NCBI GenBank assembly: GCA_041738235.1
Contig: JBGSQF010000004.1
Span: 6,215-70,214 of the forward strand
DNA: 64,000 nt
DNA from: Minisyncoccia bacterium
GTDB taxonomy: Bacteria; Patescibacteriota; Minisyncoccia; Moranbacterales; GCA-2747515
Direction of reading: 5' to 3'
Part shown: positions 17,883 through 27,660 of the stretch, one piece after another
Numbering within the stretch: the stretch's first letter is position 1
Layout of the letters: every line of letters starts with the position of its first letter
Made by a program: the position numbers and the translations under genes
The notes under the pieces: model-generated
Told to the model about the DNA's origin: nothing
What the model saw: the letters and a program-made list of their open reading frames with translations, nothing else
The model's database searches: none

Positions 17883-20147
17883 CTACTCATTTTTCATAAA
17901 CTTTTGAAGTACGCCTAACCCCCGTGCGATCTTTTTAATTCCCGCCTTCTGGAAAACGACCGTATAGAGTTCCGGGTTTTGACTCACAATAATCCCCCGC
18001 CCAAACACCTCATGCATCACCTTCTCCCCATCCGAAAAACTTTCATCCTTGCCTGACTTTCGGTCTTTGGTCTTCGGCTTTTGACTTGTGAGGTTATACC
18101 GTTTTACCATACGCCCTCCGTACGTTTCCGTTGAGTATTCCCGAAACTCGCCGTCGCTCTTTCTTTCAGCAAGCTGTTCCGGGATCTCATCCAAAAACCT
18201 CGATGGCGGATTGGCCTGAGTCGAACCAAACAAAAGTCGACGATTTGCGTGCACAAGATATAAAACCTTCTTTGCTCGCGTTACTCCCACATACATGAGT
18301 CTCCTCTCTTCTTCCAGCTCTGCGTAATTCATCACACTCCGTGAGTGAGGCAGTATTCCCTCCTCCAATCCTACAATAAAAACATAGGGGAACTCGAGTC
18401 CCTTAGCGCTATGCAATGTCATACAGTGCACAGCTTGCGCATCTTCCTCTATTTCATCGGTATCAGCAATAAGTGAAACATCTTCCAAAAACACCGGTAT
18501 AGCTTCTTCCAGCGGAAGATCATCGTATCGTTTTGCCACAGAAAAAAGCTCAGCAATGTTTTCCCGACGCGCCTTTGATTCAGAATCATCTTCTTTCTCA
18601 AGCATTCTCGCATATCCCGTCTTCCAATACACACGTTCAAGGAACGCGGAAAGTTTTTCATCCTCTTCTGTTGATCCAAGATCTTCCATTATCCGGCAAA
18701 ATTCACCGATCGCACGAACTTTAGAGCTTAGAATATGCGCCTCCCCTATACCCTCAGCGAGACCAGCAGACATACTATCCAGATCATTTTGAGATGCATA
18801 CGATCGCCACTTGGAAAGCGTCTGTTTTCCAATACCGCGCTTCGGTTCATTGACCACACGCCCCAGCGCCAACCAATCCCTCGGGTTATTACGAAGCCGA
18901 ACATACCCAATGATATCTTTTATCTCTTTACGATCGTAGAACCGTATACCTCCAACGATCCGATACGGAATATTTTCTCGCAAAAACCGCTCTTCCAAGG
19001 CGCGCGACTGTGCGTTGGTACGATAAAGTATGGCCATATCTGAGTAAGAAGCTTTTTCTTTTTTATGAAGTCGCTCGATCTCTCGTCCCACAAATCGGGC
19101 TTCACTAAGCTCATCAGATGCTTCATAAATGATAACTTTATTTCCCATTCCCTGGTCTGTCCAAAGTTTTTTCTCTTTACGATTTACATTATTAGCAATA
19201 ATGTGATCCGCTGCGTCAAGGATAGTTTGAGTAGAACGATAATTCTGTTCCAAATACACCACATGTGCATCCGGATAGTCCTTCTCAAACTCCAAAATAT
19301 TTCGAATATCCGCTCCGCGAAAGCGGTAGATCGACTGCGCGTCATCCCCCACCACACAAATATTTCGGTGTCCATTAGAAAGTTGCCGGATCAGTTGATA
19401 CTGCGCCTTGTTCGTATCTTGGTACTCGTCAACCATTATATACCGAAATGTTTTTTGGTACTCTTCCGCAATCGGAGGAATATCAGAAAAAAGCTTGACC
19501 GTATAGCGCAAAATATCATCAAAATCCAAAGCATTGTTTTCTACAAGTTTCTGTTGATACCTCTCATATGCCTTAGCCACCATCTCTTCAAAATACCCCT
19601 GTGCGGAATTCGTAAATGAGGCTTCATCAATAAGCTCGTTCTTTGCTCCCGATATCGCCGCCAAAAAACTTACCGGCTTAAACTGTTGCGGATCAAGATC
19701 AAGCTCTTTGATCACCTCCGTCATAATGGTTCTCTGCTCTGAAGTGTCAAATATCTGAAATCCCGCATCTCGCCCCAATTTATCGATATCTTTTCTAAGA
19801 ATTCGCACACACATGCTATGAAACGTTCCAACAAAAGGCAGATTACCAAATGACACTCCTCGATTTCCGTACCTCTGCCCTATTGATCCTCCTAGAAGCT
19901 GACCGATACGCTCCTTCATCTCTCCCGCTGCCTTATTGGTGAATGTCACCGCCAACACCTGCCCTGGCGACACTCCCTTCTCCCGGATCAAATAGGCTAC
20001 ACGATGGGTCAATGTTTTCGTCTTTCCCGATCCAGCCCCGGCCAGTATTAAAAGTGGCCCGTCGGTCCTTTCCACAGCCTCTCTTTGTTTATCATTAAGT
20101 GATGCCAAAATACCGGACATTGTTCTAGAGATATAAGATAAAATCAA
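17883..20147 (-). CDS. pcrA: ATP-dependent DNA helicase PcrA/UvrD
   Basis: 754 aa. It has Walker A LAGAGSGKTKTLTHRVAYLI, helicase motifs TFTNKAA, VDEYQDTN, TLHSAKGLEFP, VGVTRAK, and a C-terminal extension. Confidence 0.9.
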   Translation of the reverse strand: MILSYISRTMSGILASLNDKQREAVERTDGPLLILAGAGSGKTKTLTHRVAYLIREKGVSPGQVLAVTFTNKAAGEMKERIGQLLGGSIGQRYGNRGVSFGNLPFVGTFHSMCVRILRKDIDKLGRDAGFQIFDTSEQRTIMTEVIKELDLDPQQFKPVSFLAAISGAKNELIDEASFTNSAQGYFEEMVAKAYERYQQKLVENNALDFDDILRYTVKLFSDIPPIAEEYQKTFRYIMVDEYQDTNKAQYQLIRQLSNGHRNICVVGDDAQSIYRFRGADIRNILEFEKDYPDAHVVYLEQNYRSTQTILDAADHIIANNVNRKEKKLWTDQGMGNKVIIYEASDELSEARFVGREIERLHKKEKASYSDMAILYRTNAQSRALEERFLRENIPYRIVGGIRFYDRKEIKDIIGYVRLRNNPRDWLALGRVVNEPKRGIGKQTLSKWRSYASQNDLDSMSAGLAEGIGEAHILSSKVRAIGEFCRIMEDLGSTEEDEKLSAFLERVYWKTGYARMLEKEDDSESKARRENIAELFSVAKRYDDLPLEEAIPVFLEDVSLIADTDEIEEDAQAVHCMTLHSAKGLEFPYVFIVGLEEGILPHSRSVMNYAELEEERRLMYVGVTRAKKVLYLVHANRRLLFGSTQANPPSRFLDEIPEQLAERKSDGEFREYSTETYGGRMVKRYNLTSQKPKTKDRKSGKDESFSDGEKVMHEVFGRGIIVSQNPELYTVVFQKAGIKKIARGLGVLQKFMKNE

Positions 20148-20360
20148 CTATTTCCTAAGTCCCGTCATTATAACATACCCGGCATAAAAGACCTTAAACC
20201 TTTCCTCAACTCCATGTGTTGTGTAGGTCGTATTCACACAACACCTGATCATTTGTCCTTGCGTGAAGCGCACCAAGAAAACCCGGCACATATACTACTT
20301 ACTGTCAATATCGACGATTCCCTCCATTTAGGAGATAATGAAGCAACATCCTTTCAATAC

Positions 20361-22019
20361 ATGTATATGAAGCTACTAAACGTGCTGGTCTCCAAATTCA
20401 TCCACACCCTTGAATCCTCTCCAACTGCCTTTCCGCTCTGGATAGGGACCTTTCTGACACTCATATTTACACGCCTCCTCATTGAGAGCTGGCTCGGAAA
20501 CTTTAGCAACCATTCTCCCTCTTTCCTCTTTGCGGAATTCACTCACACATTTCTTTTTTTTCTTCTTTCCTACATTCTCTTTCTTTGGCTTCTTTCCGCA
20601 GCAATAAAAACCAGCCTTCCAAAGATCACCAATGTCCTCCTTGTAGGATTTTTGATCATTCTCACACCACCCCTGATCGACCACGTCATTTCCCATGGAG
20701 CCGGATTTTGGAGTTTCTATAAATTCGATGGTCTCCATGGCCTTTGGACCCGATTTATCACCTTCTTTGGGGATGCTCCAAATATTGGTATTACCTATGG
20801 CGTTCGCGTAGAAGTGGCCCTTTCTCTCATTTTTTTCTTTTCCTATATATTAGTTAAAACCAAAAAACTCTTCAGATCCCTTCTTTGGACACTTCTTGCC
20901 TATATCTTCTTTTTTATTCTTGGAACATTTCCTTCTTGGGTCACGCTTATCGTACGAGGATTTTCAGAGGGATTTCTCTCAATATCAGCAACCAATGTCG
21001 CACAGTTATTTCTCACTCCTGAAAAGATTCTTTCCCAAACACCAGGAGATCTTGTGAGCATTCTGAACGTAAAGATGAGTCTCATTTACGCTCTCGTCAT
21101 CTCCGTTGGGGTGCCCGTCCTTAGCATCTACCTGTACCCCAAAAAAGCATTTGCCCTCATAAAAAATATGCGCCTCCCCCAATCGATCTACCACGGAGGA
21201 CTCATCCTTGTTGGCGCAGGCCTGAGCATCCTTTTCGCAGAAAAACCCATCAATTTCTCCTTCTTTGATATTATTGCATTTTTTCTTCTGATCATTGCAG
21301 TTCAATACGCTTGGTTTGCCTCTGTTATTATTAATGATCTTTTTGACAGAAAAATAGATGCGATTACCAACACCGAAAGACCGCTTATTCGAAACATTTT
21401 CTCCGAATATGAATACAAGATCCTCGGGTGGATCTTCTTCTTCGCATCCCTCCTTCTCAGTGGAGTTGCTCTTCTCATCGCCCCAGTCTTTCTTCTCTGC
21501 TACCAGGCACTTGCATGGATCTACAGCGCGTGGCCACTGCGCCTGAAACGCGTTCCGATCATAGCCACCTTCATAAGCGCCGTAGCCTCGATCCTCCTTT
21601 TCTTCCTCGGATATATCACTCTATCTCCTACAGGGACACTTGCACACCTCCCTGGAAATATCATCACTCTTCTTCTTGTCTCCTACACACTCTCTCTCCC
21701 CATAAAGGACTTTAAAGATATCGCGGGGGATAAAAAAGATGGCATTTACACACTTCCTGTCCTATTCGGAGAAACAAAAGGACGACTCATCGTCGCCTCG
21801 GGGATATTTTTTTCCTTTATTCTAAGCATCTGGGCGCTCAACGACGCCTCGCTTACCTTCTGGGCCATTCTCTTTGGAGGACTCTCCTTTTGGACCGTCG
21901 CCACCTCCCACCAATGGAAACGTTTTAAACTCTCTCCTCGCCACCTCCCGCTTGTACTCCTCTTCTTTGTGACCCTCTACGGACTCGTTATCGCTTCAAA
22001 ACTACTGACTTCTCTCTAG
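20361..22019 (+). CDS. UbiA-family prenyltransferase fused to a large N-terminal polytopic membrane domain
   Basis: The C-terminal half carries both UbiA Asp-rich motifs: NDLFDRKID and KDFKDIAGDKKDGIYTLPVLFG. The N-terminal ~300 aa are additional TM helices of unknown function. The start was chosen at ATG 20361 (MYMKLLN); the track starts at 20214. Confidence 0.6.
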   Translation: MYMKLLNVLVSKFIHTLESSPTAFPLWIGTFLTLIFTRLLIESWLGNFSNHSPSFLFAEFTHTFLFFLLSYILFLWLLSAAIKTSLPKITNVLLVGFLIILTPPLIDHVISHGAGFWSFYKFDGLHGLWTRFITFFGDAPNIGITYGVRVEVALSLIFFFSYILVKTKKLFRSLLWTLLAYIFFFILGTFPSWVTLIVRGFSEGFLSISATNVAQLFLTPEKILSQTPGDLVSILNVKMSLIYALVISVGVPVLSIYLYPKKAFALIKNMRLPQSIYHGGLILVGAGLSILFAEKPINFSFFDIIAFFLLIIAVQYAWFASVIINDLFDRKIDAITNTERPLIRNIFSEYEYKILGWIFFFASLLLSGVALLIAPVFLLCYQALAWIYSAWPLRLKRVPIIATFISAVASILLFFLGYITLSPTGTLAHLPGNIITLLLVSYTLSLPIKDFKDIAGDKKDGIYTLPVLFGETKGRLIVASGIFFSFILSIWALNDASLTFWAILFGGLSFWTVATSHQWKRFKLSPRHLPLVLLFFVTLYGLVIASKLLTSL

Positions 22020-22811
22020 ACACATTACCAGCTTCTTCCACCCCTCGATGCTCAGATCCTGAGCTCGCGCTTTGGTCGATACACCCGCATCCTCCAACAG
22101 CTCTGATACAAGAATTTTTTCCAAATGCAATCCATTTGCCAAGTTATTTTCGAGCGTTTTTCTTCTTGCCGAAAATCCGATCTTGACCATCCTAAAGAAC
22201 TTTCTCGTTTCTTCTCCGTCCCCTGTGAACTGTCCTTTATTATTGGTCACTATCCTTATAAAAGCGCTTTCTACTTTCGGTATCGGATCAAACGATTCTT
22301 TTGGGACAACAAATAACATCTCGGGATCTGCATAATACTGTACCGCGACCGACAAAACACTCATCTTCCCCACCCCGGCGCAGATCCTTTCTCCCACCTC
22401 CTTTTGCACCATAAAAAACATCTCACTCGGTGCACACTCACTTTCCAAAAACTTCCGCACGATCGCCGACGTAATATAGTATGGTAAATTCCCTACGATC
22501 CGATAGCTCGAACCTTGCAACTCGCAACTTTTGAATACTTCTTTCATATTTACCTGAAGCACATCTTGATGCACAATACTCACATTCGGATAGTGCCGAA
22601 ACCTCTCCTCTAAAACAGGGATAAGCCGATCATCCAGTTCGATCGCCACCACCCGCGCACCCCTTTCGGCCAACCGCTCCGTCAGCACGCCTTCCCCTGG
22701 GCCCACCTCCACGATCACCTCGCCTTCCCGCGCTGAAATATCGGAAATAATCTTTTCCACCACGCCTTCATCCCGCAAAAAGTTCTGTCCCAACGATTTC
22801 TTCGGTTGCAT
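22002..22811 (-). CDS. rsmA: 16S rRNA (adenine1518/1519-N6)-dimethyltransferase
   Basis: It has the KsgA N-terminal motif KKSLGQNFL, the SAM motif VVEVGPGEGVLT, and NLPYYI. The start was trimmed to MQPKK (22811). Confidence 0.85.
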   Translation of the reverse strand: MQPKKSLGQNFLRDEGVVEKIISDISAREGEVIVEVGPGEGVLTERLAERGARVVAIELDDRLIPVLEERFRHYPNVSIVHQDVLQVNMKEVFKSCELQGSSYRIVGNLPYYITSAIVRKFLESECAPSEMFFMVQKEVGERICAGVGKMSVLSVAVQYYADPEMLFVVPKESFDPIPKVESAFIRIVTNNKGQFTGDGEETRKFFRMVKIGFSARRKTLENNLANGLHLEKILVSELLEDAGVSTKARAQDLSIEGWKKLVMCLERSQ

Positions 22812-22914
22812 AAAATTTTTTTCAGAAAAAAAATTAAACATATCCGTCATATAGACCGTATGCACTTCCAAGAGCAAACACGGGGATGGGGAAACCCCCC
22901 ACAAAAAAGCGTTC

Positions 22915-23385
22915 TCACTTCTCCCTCGGTGGCCTCACCCTCTTCCCCAACTTCCCGATTCTCAACCGATCAATCTCTTGTAAAACTTTTTCCCCAAACA
23001 TTTCAATCCTTGCGCGATTCTCTCCGGACATCCCAGAAAATATTTCCGCCATCGTTTTGCCAAAGTCATTTTTAGTTCTCTGGTTGATCTCCTTCCAAGC
23101 AATGCCTTTGAGCGATTGTGCCACCAGCTCATCATACAGTAATACACCACTTACCATGAGAAAAGCAATTGCGGGATACCCAAGATATCCCACCCAGTAC
23201 GATCCGTTATCATTCGCCATAATGGCATTCACGTCACGATTATACGACACGTCGTACCATTTTGATCCATCTGAGGACATAACACGCGCACTCCTTTTAT
23301 TCGTCATATTCACTCGTCCATCAGCCACGGCCCCGAGAGCTTCATAGACCTTAATGCTAGGTGGGGTCTTCCAATACTCCATCAT
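22915..23385 (-). CDS. hypothetical protein
   Basis: 156 aa with no recognisable motif. It is tightly packed against rsmA. Confidence 0.4.
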   Translation of the reverse strand: MMEYWKTPPSIKVYEALGAVADGRVNMTNKRSARVMSSDGSKWYDVSYNRDVNAIMANDNGSYWVGYLGYPAIAFLMVSGVLLYDELVAQSLKGIAWKEINQRTKNDFGKTMAEIFSGMSGENRARIEMFGEKVLQEIDRLRIGKLGKRVRPPREK

Positions 23386-23529
23386 ACCTCCTTATTTAAT
23401 GAAAATATTTCGAAAATACCGTAAAAAATGGCCATACCTCTTACCCACAGCATATCAAAATTTGTACAATACACAAATTTTTGTTACCCTATTGACAGAT
23501 TAACTACGCTAATCCTAATCTAAAAATAT

Positions 23530-23910
23530 ATGTGGTCACCAGAGATGAACACAAGCAGCGCTCAAAAAAGAAATACACCCCTAAACAAAGAAGCACAAAA
23601 AGAACACATACTCAGGCAAATGAGAAGTGAGTTAAGTGACATTCTCATCGGTAGCCACATCATTGGCGGAATACGTGAAGATGTTTATGATGAACCCAGC
23701 AATTTAGAAGAGACACTGTCCCAGGTTCAAGATCTGATCGACACTTCGGAAACGTTGCCGAGAAAGGAGTTTGCCAAAAAGCTAGCACAAATAAACGTAG
23801 TCTTTGATACTTACCAAGACTTACAAGACTTTAGACCACTTCACGAAGAGCAAGAGCCTCTTTACACGTTCGTCGACACAGAAAAAATAGAAAGTTTGAT
23901 GTACGAATAG
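23530..23910 (+). CDS. hypothetical acidic protein
   Basis: 126 aa, E/D-rich, with no motif. It is an isolated plus-strand ORF with upstream intergenic space. Confidence 0.3.
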   Translation: MWSPEMNTSSAQKRNTPLNKEAQKEHILRQMRSELSDILIGSHIIGGIREDVYDEPSNLEETLSQVQDLIDTSETLPRKEFAKKLAQINVVFDTYQDLQDFRPLHEEQEPLYTFVDTEKIESLMYE

Positions 23911-23931
23911 AAGAGAATTCCTTCTTCGTGC

Positions 23932-24552
23932 TTACTTTCTCATGATCATCTCCACCAATTCTAGAAACTCTTCCGCCTGGAAGTGTCCCTCAACATTTTC
24001 GATAACGTTGAACTGGGCGTTGGGGAGTTTCCGCATATACTTATAGCAGTGTTCGATCGGCACCACATCATCGTGAGGTGAAAAAAAGAAGTTTACATCA
24101 CCACAGTTCTTCTCGACCATTGAGAGATCTCCTCGCAATGCAAATCCATTCACCAAATCCTCGTCCGGCAAAGAATTATCAAAAGGCGCCGCCACGAGAT
24201 ATACTGACCGGATCCGCACCGGAAATTTTTTCTTTGCCAAATACTTCACCAAAAATACCCCTCCTAGTGACTTACCCATTAACACCACTCCATCACACAA
24301 AAATGGCAGATAGCGCTCGAAATGAATTTCCCACTCTTTATACTGCGCATTGTCCGCCAAAGGCATTCTCGGACGAATGATTTCGAATCGCTTCCCTAAC
24401 TGCTCGTCCAAGTATCCCTCACTCCACTTTACTCTTCGTTCTAAAGAAATCTCTCGAATTTTGAGCCATTTCATATACTCCCCCTTCGACCGAAACGTCA
24501 TCCCCCCGTGAATACTCACCAACTGTGGTCTCATAAAAAAGCGATTTAGCAT
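23932..24552 (-). CDS. alpha/beta-hydrolase, YdeN/RBBP9-like serine hydrolase
   Basis: It has the nucleophile elbow GKSLGG, RPQLVSIHGG, and a C-terminal His (EGHF). Start trimmed to MLNRFF. Confidence 0.6.
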   Translation of the reverse strand: MLNRFFMRPQLVSIHGGMTFRSKGEYMKWLKIREISLERRVKWSEGYLDEQLGKRFEIIRPRMPLADNAQYKEWEIHFERYLPFLCDGVVLMGKSLGGVFLVKYLAKKKFPVRIRSVYLVAAPFDNSLPDEDLVNGFALRGDLSMVEKNCGDVNFFFSPHDDVVPIEHCYKYMRKLPNAQFNVIENVEGHFQAEEFLELVEMIMRK

Positions 24553-24669
24553 CTTAATAACTCCTCTACCCTCAAATTTCTCTTTGTTATTCCTCGCCAC
24601 AATACAAGCAGAAGTCCAGACTTTTCTTAAGTGTGCCCCACCCCACCTTCACGAAGATGGCCCCACTGA

Positions 24670-25629
24670 TCAATTTAACACCGGCTCCACAACAACATCA
24701 ATCACTCCTGCACCGATCGATGCGATCTTCGTGAACGCCACTTTATCCAGATCAATAATACGGTTCTTCCCAAAAGGTCCGCGATCGTTGATTTTGACAA
24801 TCACCGACTTGCCATTTCCTACATTCGTTACCTTGGCATAGCTTCCCATTGGAAGCCACGGACTTGCCGCCGCGAGTGTTCCTGTATAGGCGTACCACGT
24901 CCCCTGTCCGGTGTTCTTCTTTCCCAACTTCACATAGGTTCCTTGGATCACCTCCTCCGTTACAGGATCCTTTGTTATCTCGTTTGAGATCAGTATTTTT
25001 TTGACCATCTCCCCGTTGTGTGACACCACCTTGTATCGCTTCTCTCGCATCCCATTCTCCCCTTTCTGTGTTACCTTCTTTTCCCGCCAACCCATCTTGC
25101 CATCTTCCGTTACTTTTGTGGCAAAAGCAACAACCTCCTCTTCTGTGGTTTCCGTCACTACCACACGCACTACTGAAACCTCCAAGTTATCCTCAAGTAG
25201 AGTCTCAGCTGACGGCAAGATAAAATCATCCGCAGCCAATTCAACCCCTTGATCAATAACCGCATCCAGTGCAAATCCACGGGTGGTCTCGATCTCCCGC
25301 GCCTTTTCTTCGCCAACCGAAAGAAGAATCTTTTTAGTGCGCGCAATAGCAACCGTTTCACCCCCAAACAATTTTTGATCCATTGGAACGCTTATGTCAT
25401 CTGTACGCTCTCGAAGAAGTTGTTTTTCCTTCAAAAATTCACCTACCGTTTTTTTGCCGGAGAAAGTATGCCGCACAAGTAATCCATCGTCATCTACCCA
25501 CACAGAACGAAGGACCTCCTGATCATATCCCAACTCCCGCTTTTCTCCCCGAATCAAAAACATTCCCCCAAAGAATACTATAAGGAGAAGTGCAAAAAAG
25601 ACGATACTTTTTCTCCCCTTATTTCTCAT
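24670..25629 (-). CDS. membrane-anchored G5-domain protein with C-terminal RlpA-like double-psi beta-barrel (cell-wall binding/hydrolase)
   Basis: It has an N-terminal TM. G5-like segment: VTQKGENGMREKRYKVV. DPBB/RlpA-like segment: GTWYAYTGTLAAASPWLPMGSYAKVTNVGNGKSVIVKINDRGPF. Confidence 0.65.
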   Translation of the reverse strand: MRNKGRKSIVFFALLLIVFFGGMFLIRGEKRELGYDQEVLRSVWVDDDGLLVRHTFSGKKTVGEFLKEKQLLRERTDDISVPMDQKLFGGETVAIARTKKILLSVGEEKAREIETTRGFALDAVIDQGVELAADDFILPSAETLLEDNLEVSVVRVVVTETTEEEVVAFATKVTEDGKMGWREKKVTQKGENGMREKRYKVVSHNGEMVKKILISNEITKDPVTEEVIQGTYVKLGKKNTGQGTWYAYTGTLAAASPWLPMGSYAKVTNVGNGKSVIVKINDRGPFGKNRIIDLDKVAFTKIASIGAGVIDVVVEPVLN

Positions 25630-26731
25630 ATCGTGTACGAATCGAATCCTTCTGCTTTTTACGCTGGACAGCCTCTCGCAATAACAAATCGACTAGTCGA
25701 GACCCCGTTATACCCTCCTGTGCCCAGAGCTTTGGATACATACTGATATCAGTAAATCCTGGAATAGTATTTATCTCATTGACATATATACGACCACGCA
25801 TCGTAACAAAAAGATCTACCCGAGCCATCCCTTCACATTCTAAAGCCCGATAGGTTGCTAAGGCGATCTCCCGAACACGCTTTTTGACCGACGGCGCCAA
25901 TTTTGCCGGCATGACGATCTCTGCACCCAACTCATCTAAATACTTCGCCTCATAAGAATAAAATGTATGTCCATTTCCCACCAAAACCTCGCCAGGAACC
26001 GATACCTGGGCTTCATGTACGCCCCCCATCACAGCACACTCGATCTCACGCCCAACCACCATCTCCTCAATAAGAATTTTGTCGTCATACAAAAATGCCG
26101 TTCGGATAGCGAAAAAGAACTCCCGCTCTGTACATATCTTTCGAACTCCCACTGAAGAGCCACATCGAGCAGGTTTTACAAAAAATGGGAGACCAAAACG
26201 CTTTTTATATTCTCGAAACACGTTTTTTTGAGAATCTCCTCGACACATCACTCCGTAAGGGGACGTCTCTATATGCGCCTCCTTGAGCACTCGCTTGGCC
26301 ATCTCTTTATCCATACCTAGAGCACTCGCCAGTACTCCCGGTCCTACGTATGCCACATCCATCATCTCAAGAAGTCCTTGGATCGATCCATCCTCACCAT
26401 ATTTCCCATGAAGAACAGGGAAGACCACGTCAGCTCGAGCCAACACCCTTCCCGTTGTTATATCTATTACACGCATGCCCTTGCCCTCGTTGGGAGCACA
26501 CATAACCTCGGTAAACTTGTTTTTACCCTTACTGAGCTCCCCTCCCTCTACCACATCATCAAATTCTTTCTTAGAAAGCAAAAACCATCCACCACACGCA
26601 TCGATCACCACGATCACCACTTTATACTTTTTTTCCGAAATTGCCCCAACAACATTCCTCGCCGAAAGCAAAGAAACGCTATGTTCCGTCGATCTTCCCC
26701 CACACACCACCAGAATTGTTTTTGTATTCAT
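25619..26731 (-). CDS. ddl: D-alanine--D-alanine ligase
   Basis: 370 aa. Motifs: VVFPVLHGKYGEDGSIQGLLE and FVKPARCGSSVGV, within an ATP-grasp fold. Confidence 0.9.
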   Translation of the reverse strand: MNTKTILVVCGGRSTEHSVSLLSARNVVGAISEKKYKVVIVVIDACGGWFLLSKKEFDDVVEGGELSKGKNKFTEVMCAPNEGKGMRVIDITTGRVLARADVVFPVLHGKYGEDGSIQGLLEMMDVAYVGPGVLASALGMDKEMAKRVLKEAHIETSPYGVMCRGDSQKNVFREYKKRFGLPFFVKPARCGSSVGVRKICTEREFFFAIRTAFLYDDKILIEEMVVGREIECAVMGGVHEAQVSVPGEVLVGNGHTFYSYEAKYLDELGAEIVMPAKLAPSVKKRVREIALATYRALECEGMARVDLFVTMRGRIYVNEINTIPGFTDISMYPKLWAQEGITGSRLVDLLLREAVQRKKQKDSIRTRYEK

Positions 26732-26818
26732 ATAAAAGTGTTATCTTTTTCAAAATAACCTTACCATATTTAAAAGAAAATACCAACCACTCCAAGACAA
26801 CCCCTCTTTAGCTTATCT

Positions 26819-27568
26819 TTACTTCAGTTTTGAATCTTTCCAAGCCACTTGATACACTGGTTTATCCTTATAATCAAGAAAAATAGGCCTAACTCTCCCC
26901 TCATCATCCTTGACTATTACAAATTCATAATACCCAGGAAGAAATAGCATATCTCTTTCCTGTCCTTCATGTGGTACAGAAAGTAATGTCTGATACATTA
27001 CCCTTCTCAGACCCTCATCCTCGAAAGAATAGCGAAATGATCCCGTATGTTCATCTTGTCCTATGAAAAATTCTGGGGTTGTTGATCCATTCGCGATCTC
27101 ACTTGGTGATCCGGTCTTAAACTCTACATAGATTTGATTCTTTTCTGAGCCAATAATAATATTTCCACCAAAAAGATTTTCAAAATACTCTTGTATTATA
27201 AGATTATACTGATGAAATTTTTCAGCATCAATGTTTTTCTTTACAAAATCAACTACTTCTTCCCTTCCTATGCCCCACCTACTAAGCCTCCTCTCGTCTT
27301 TTTGTATTGGAATAAGTGTTATAAAATATTTTTTTCTCTCCAAATCCTTAAAATATTGCTCCTTGTTCACAAAGAAATCGGCGAGATTTACTTCTTGTCG
27401 AACATATCGGGGCAATCCCAACCTTTCAACCTCGCGAAATCCTTGTGCCCTATTTTCATCAAGAAACTCAGCTGAATCGGGCTGAACTCTATTCATTTCC
27501 CTGGCCCAATCATCAATATGTTCTCCCACCCCCTCTTGTCTAGGTCCTTTATTCATAGAAATAATCAC
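26819..27568 (-). CDS. hypothetical protein (AT-rich gene)
   Basis: 249 aa with no recognisable domain. It is noticeably AT-rich relative to the flanking ddl and comM. Confidence 0.45.
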   Translation of the reverse strand: MIISMNKGPRQEGVGEHIDDWAREMNRVQPDSAEFLDENRAQGFREVERLGLPRYVRQEVNLADFFVNKEQYFKDLERKKYFITLIPIQKDERRLSRWGIGREEVVDFVKKNIDAEKFHQYNLIIQEYFENLFGGNIIIGSEKNQIYVEFKTGSPSEIANGSTTPEFFIGQDEHTGSFRYSFEDEGLRRVMYQTLLSVPHEGQERDMLFLPGYYEFVIVKDDEGRVRPIFLDYKDKPVYQVAWKDSKLK

Positions 27569-27660
27569 TCAGTCAAGTAATTAATCTGATATTTCATTAT
27601 AGCCACTCATCAGTCATACGTAAAACTAAAGATACGTCCCTCCTGATAAAAAAACACACA

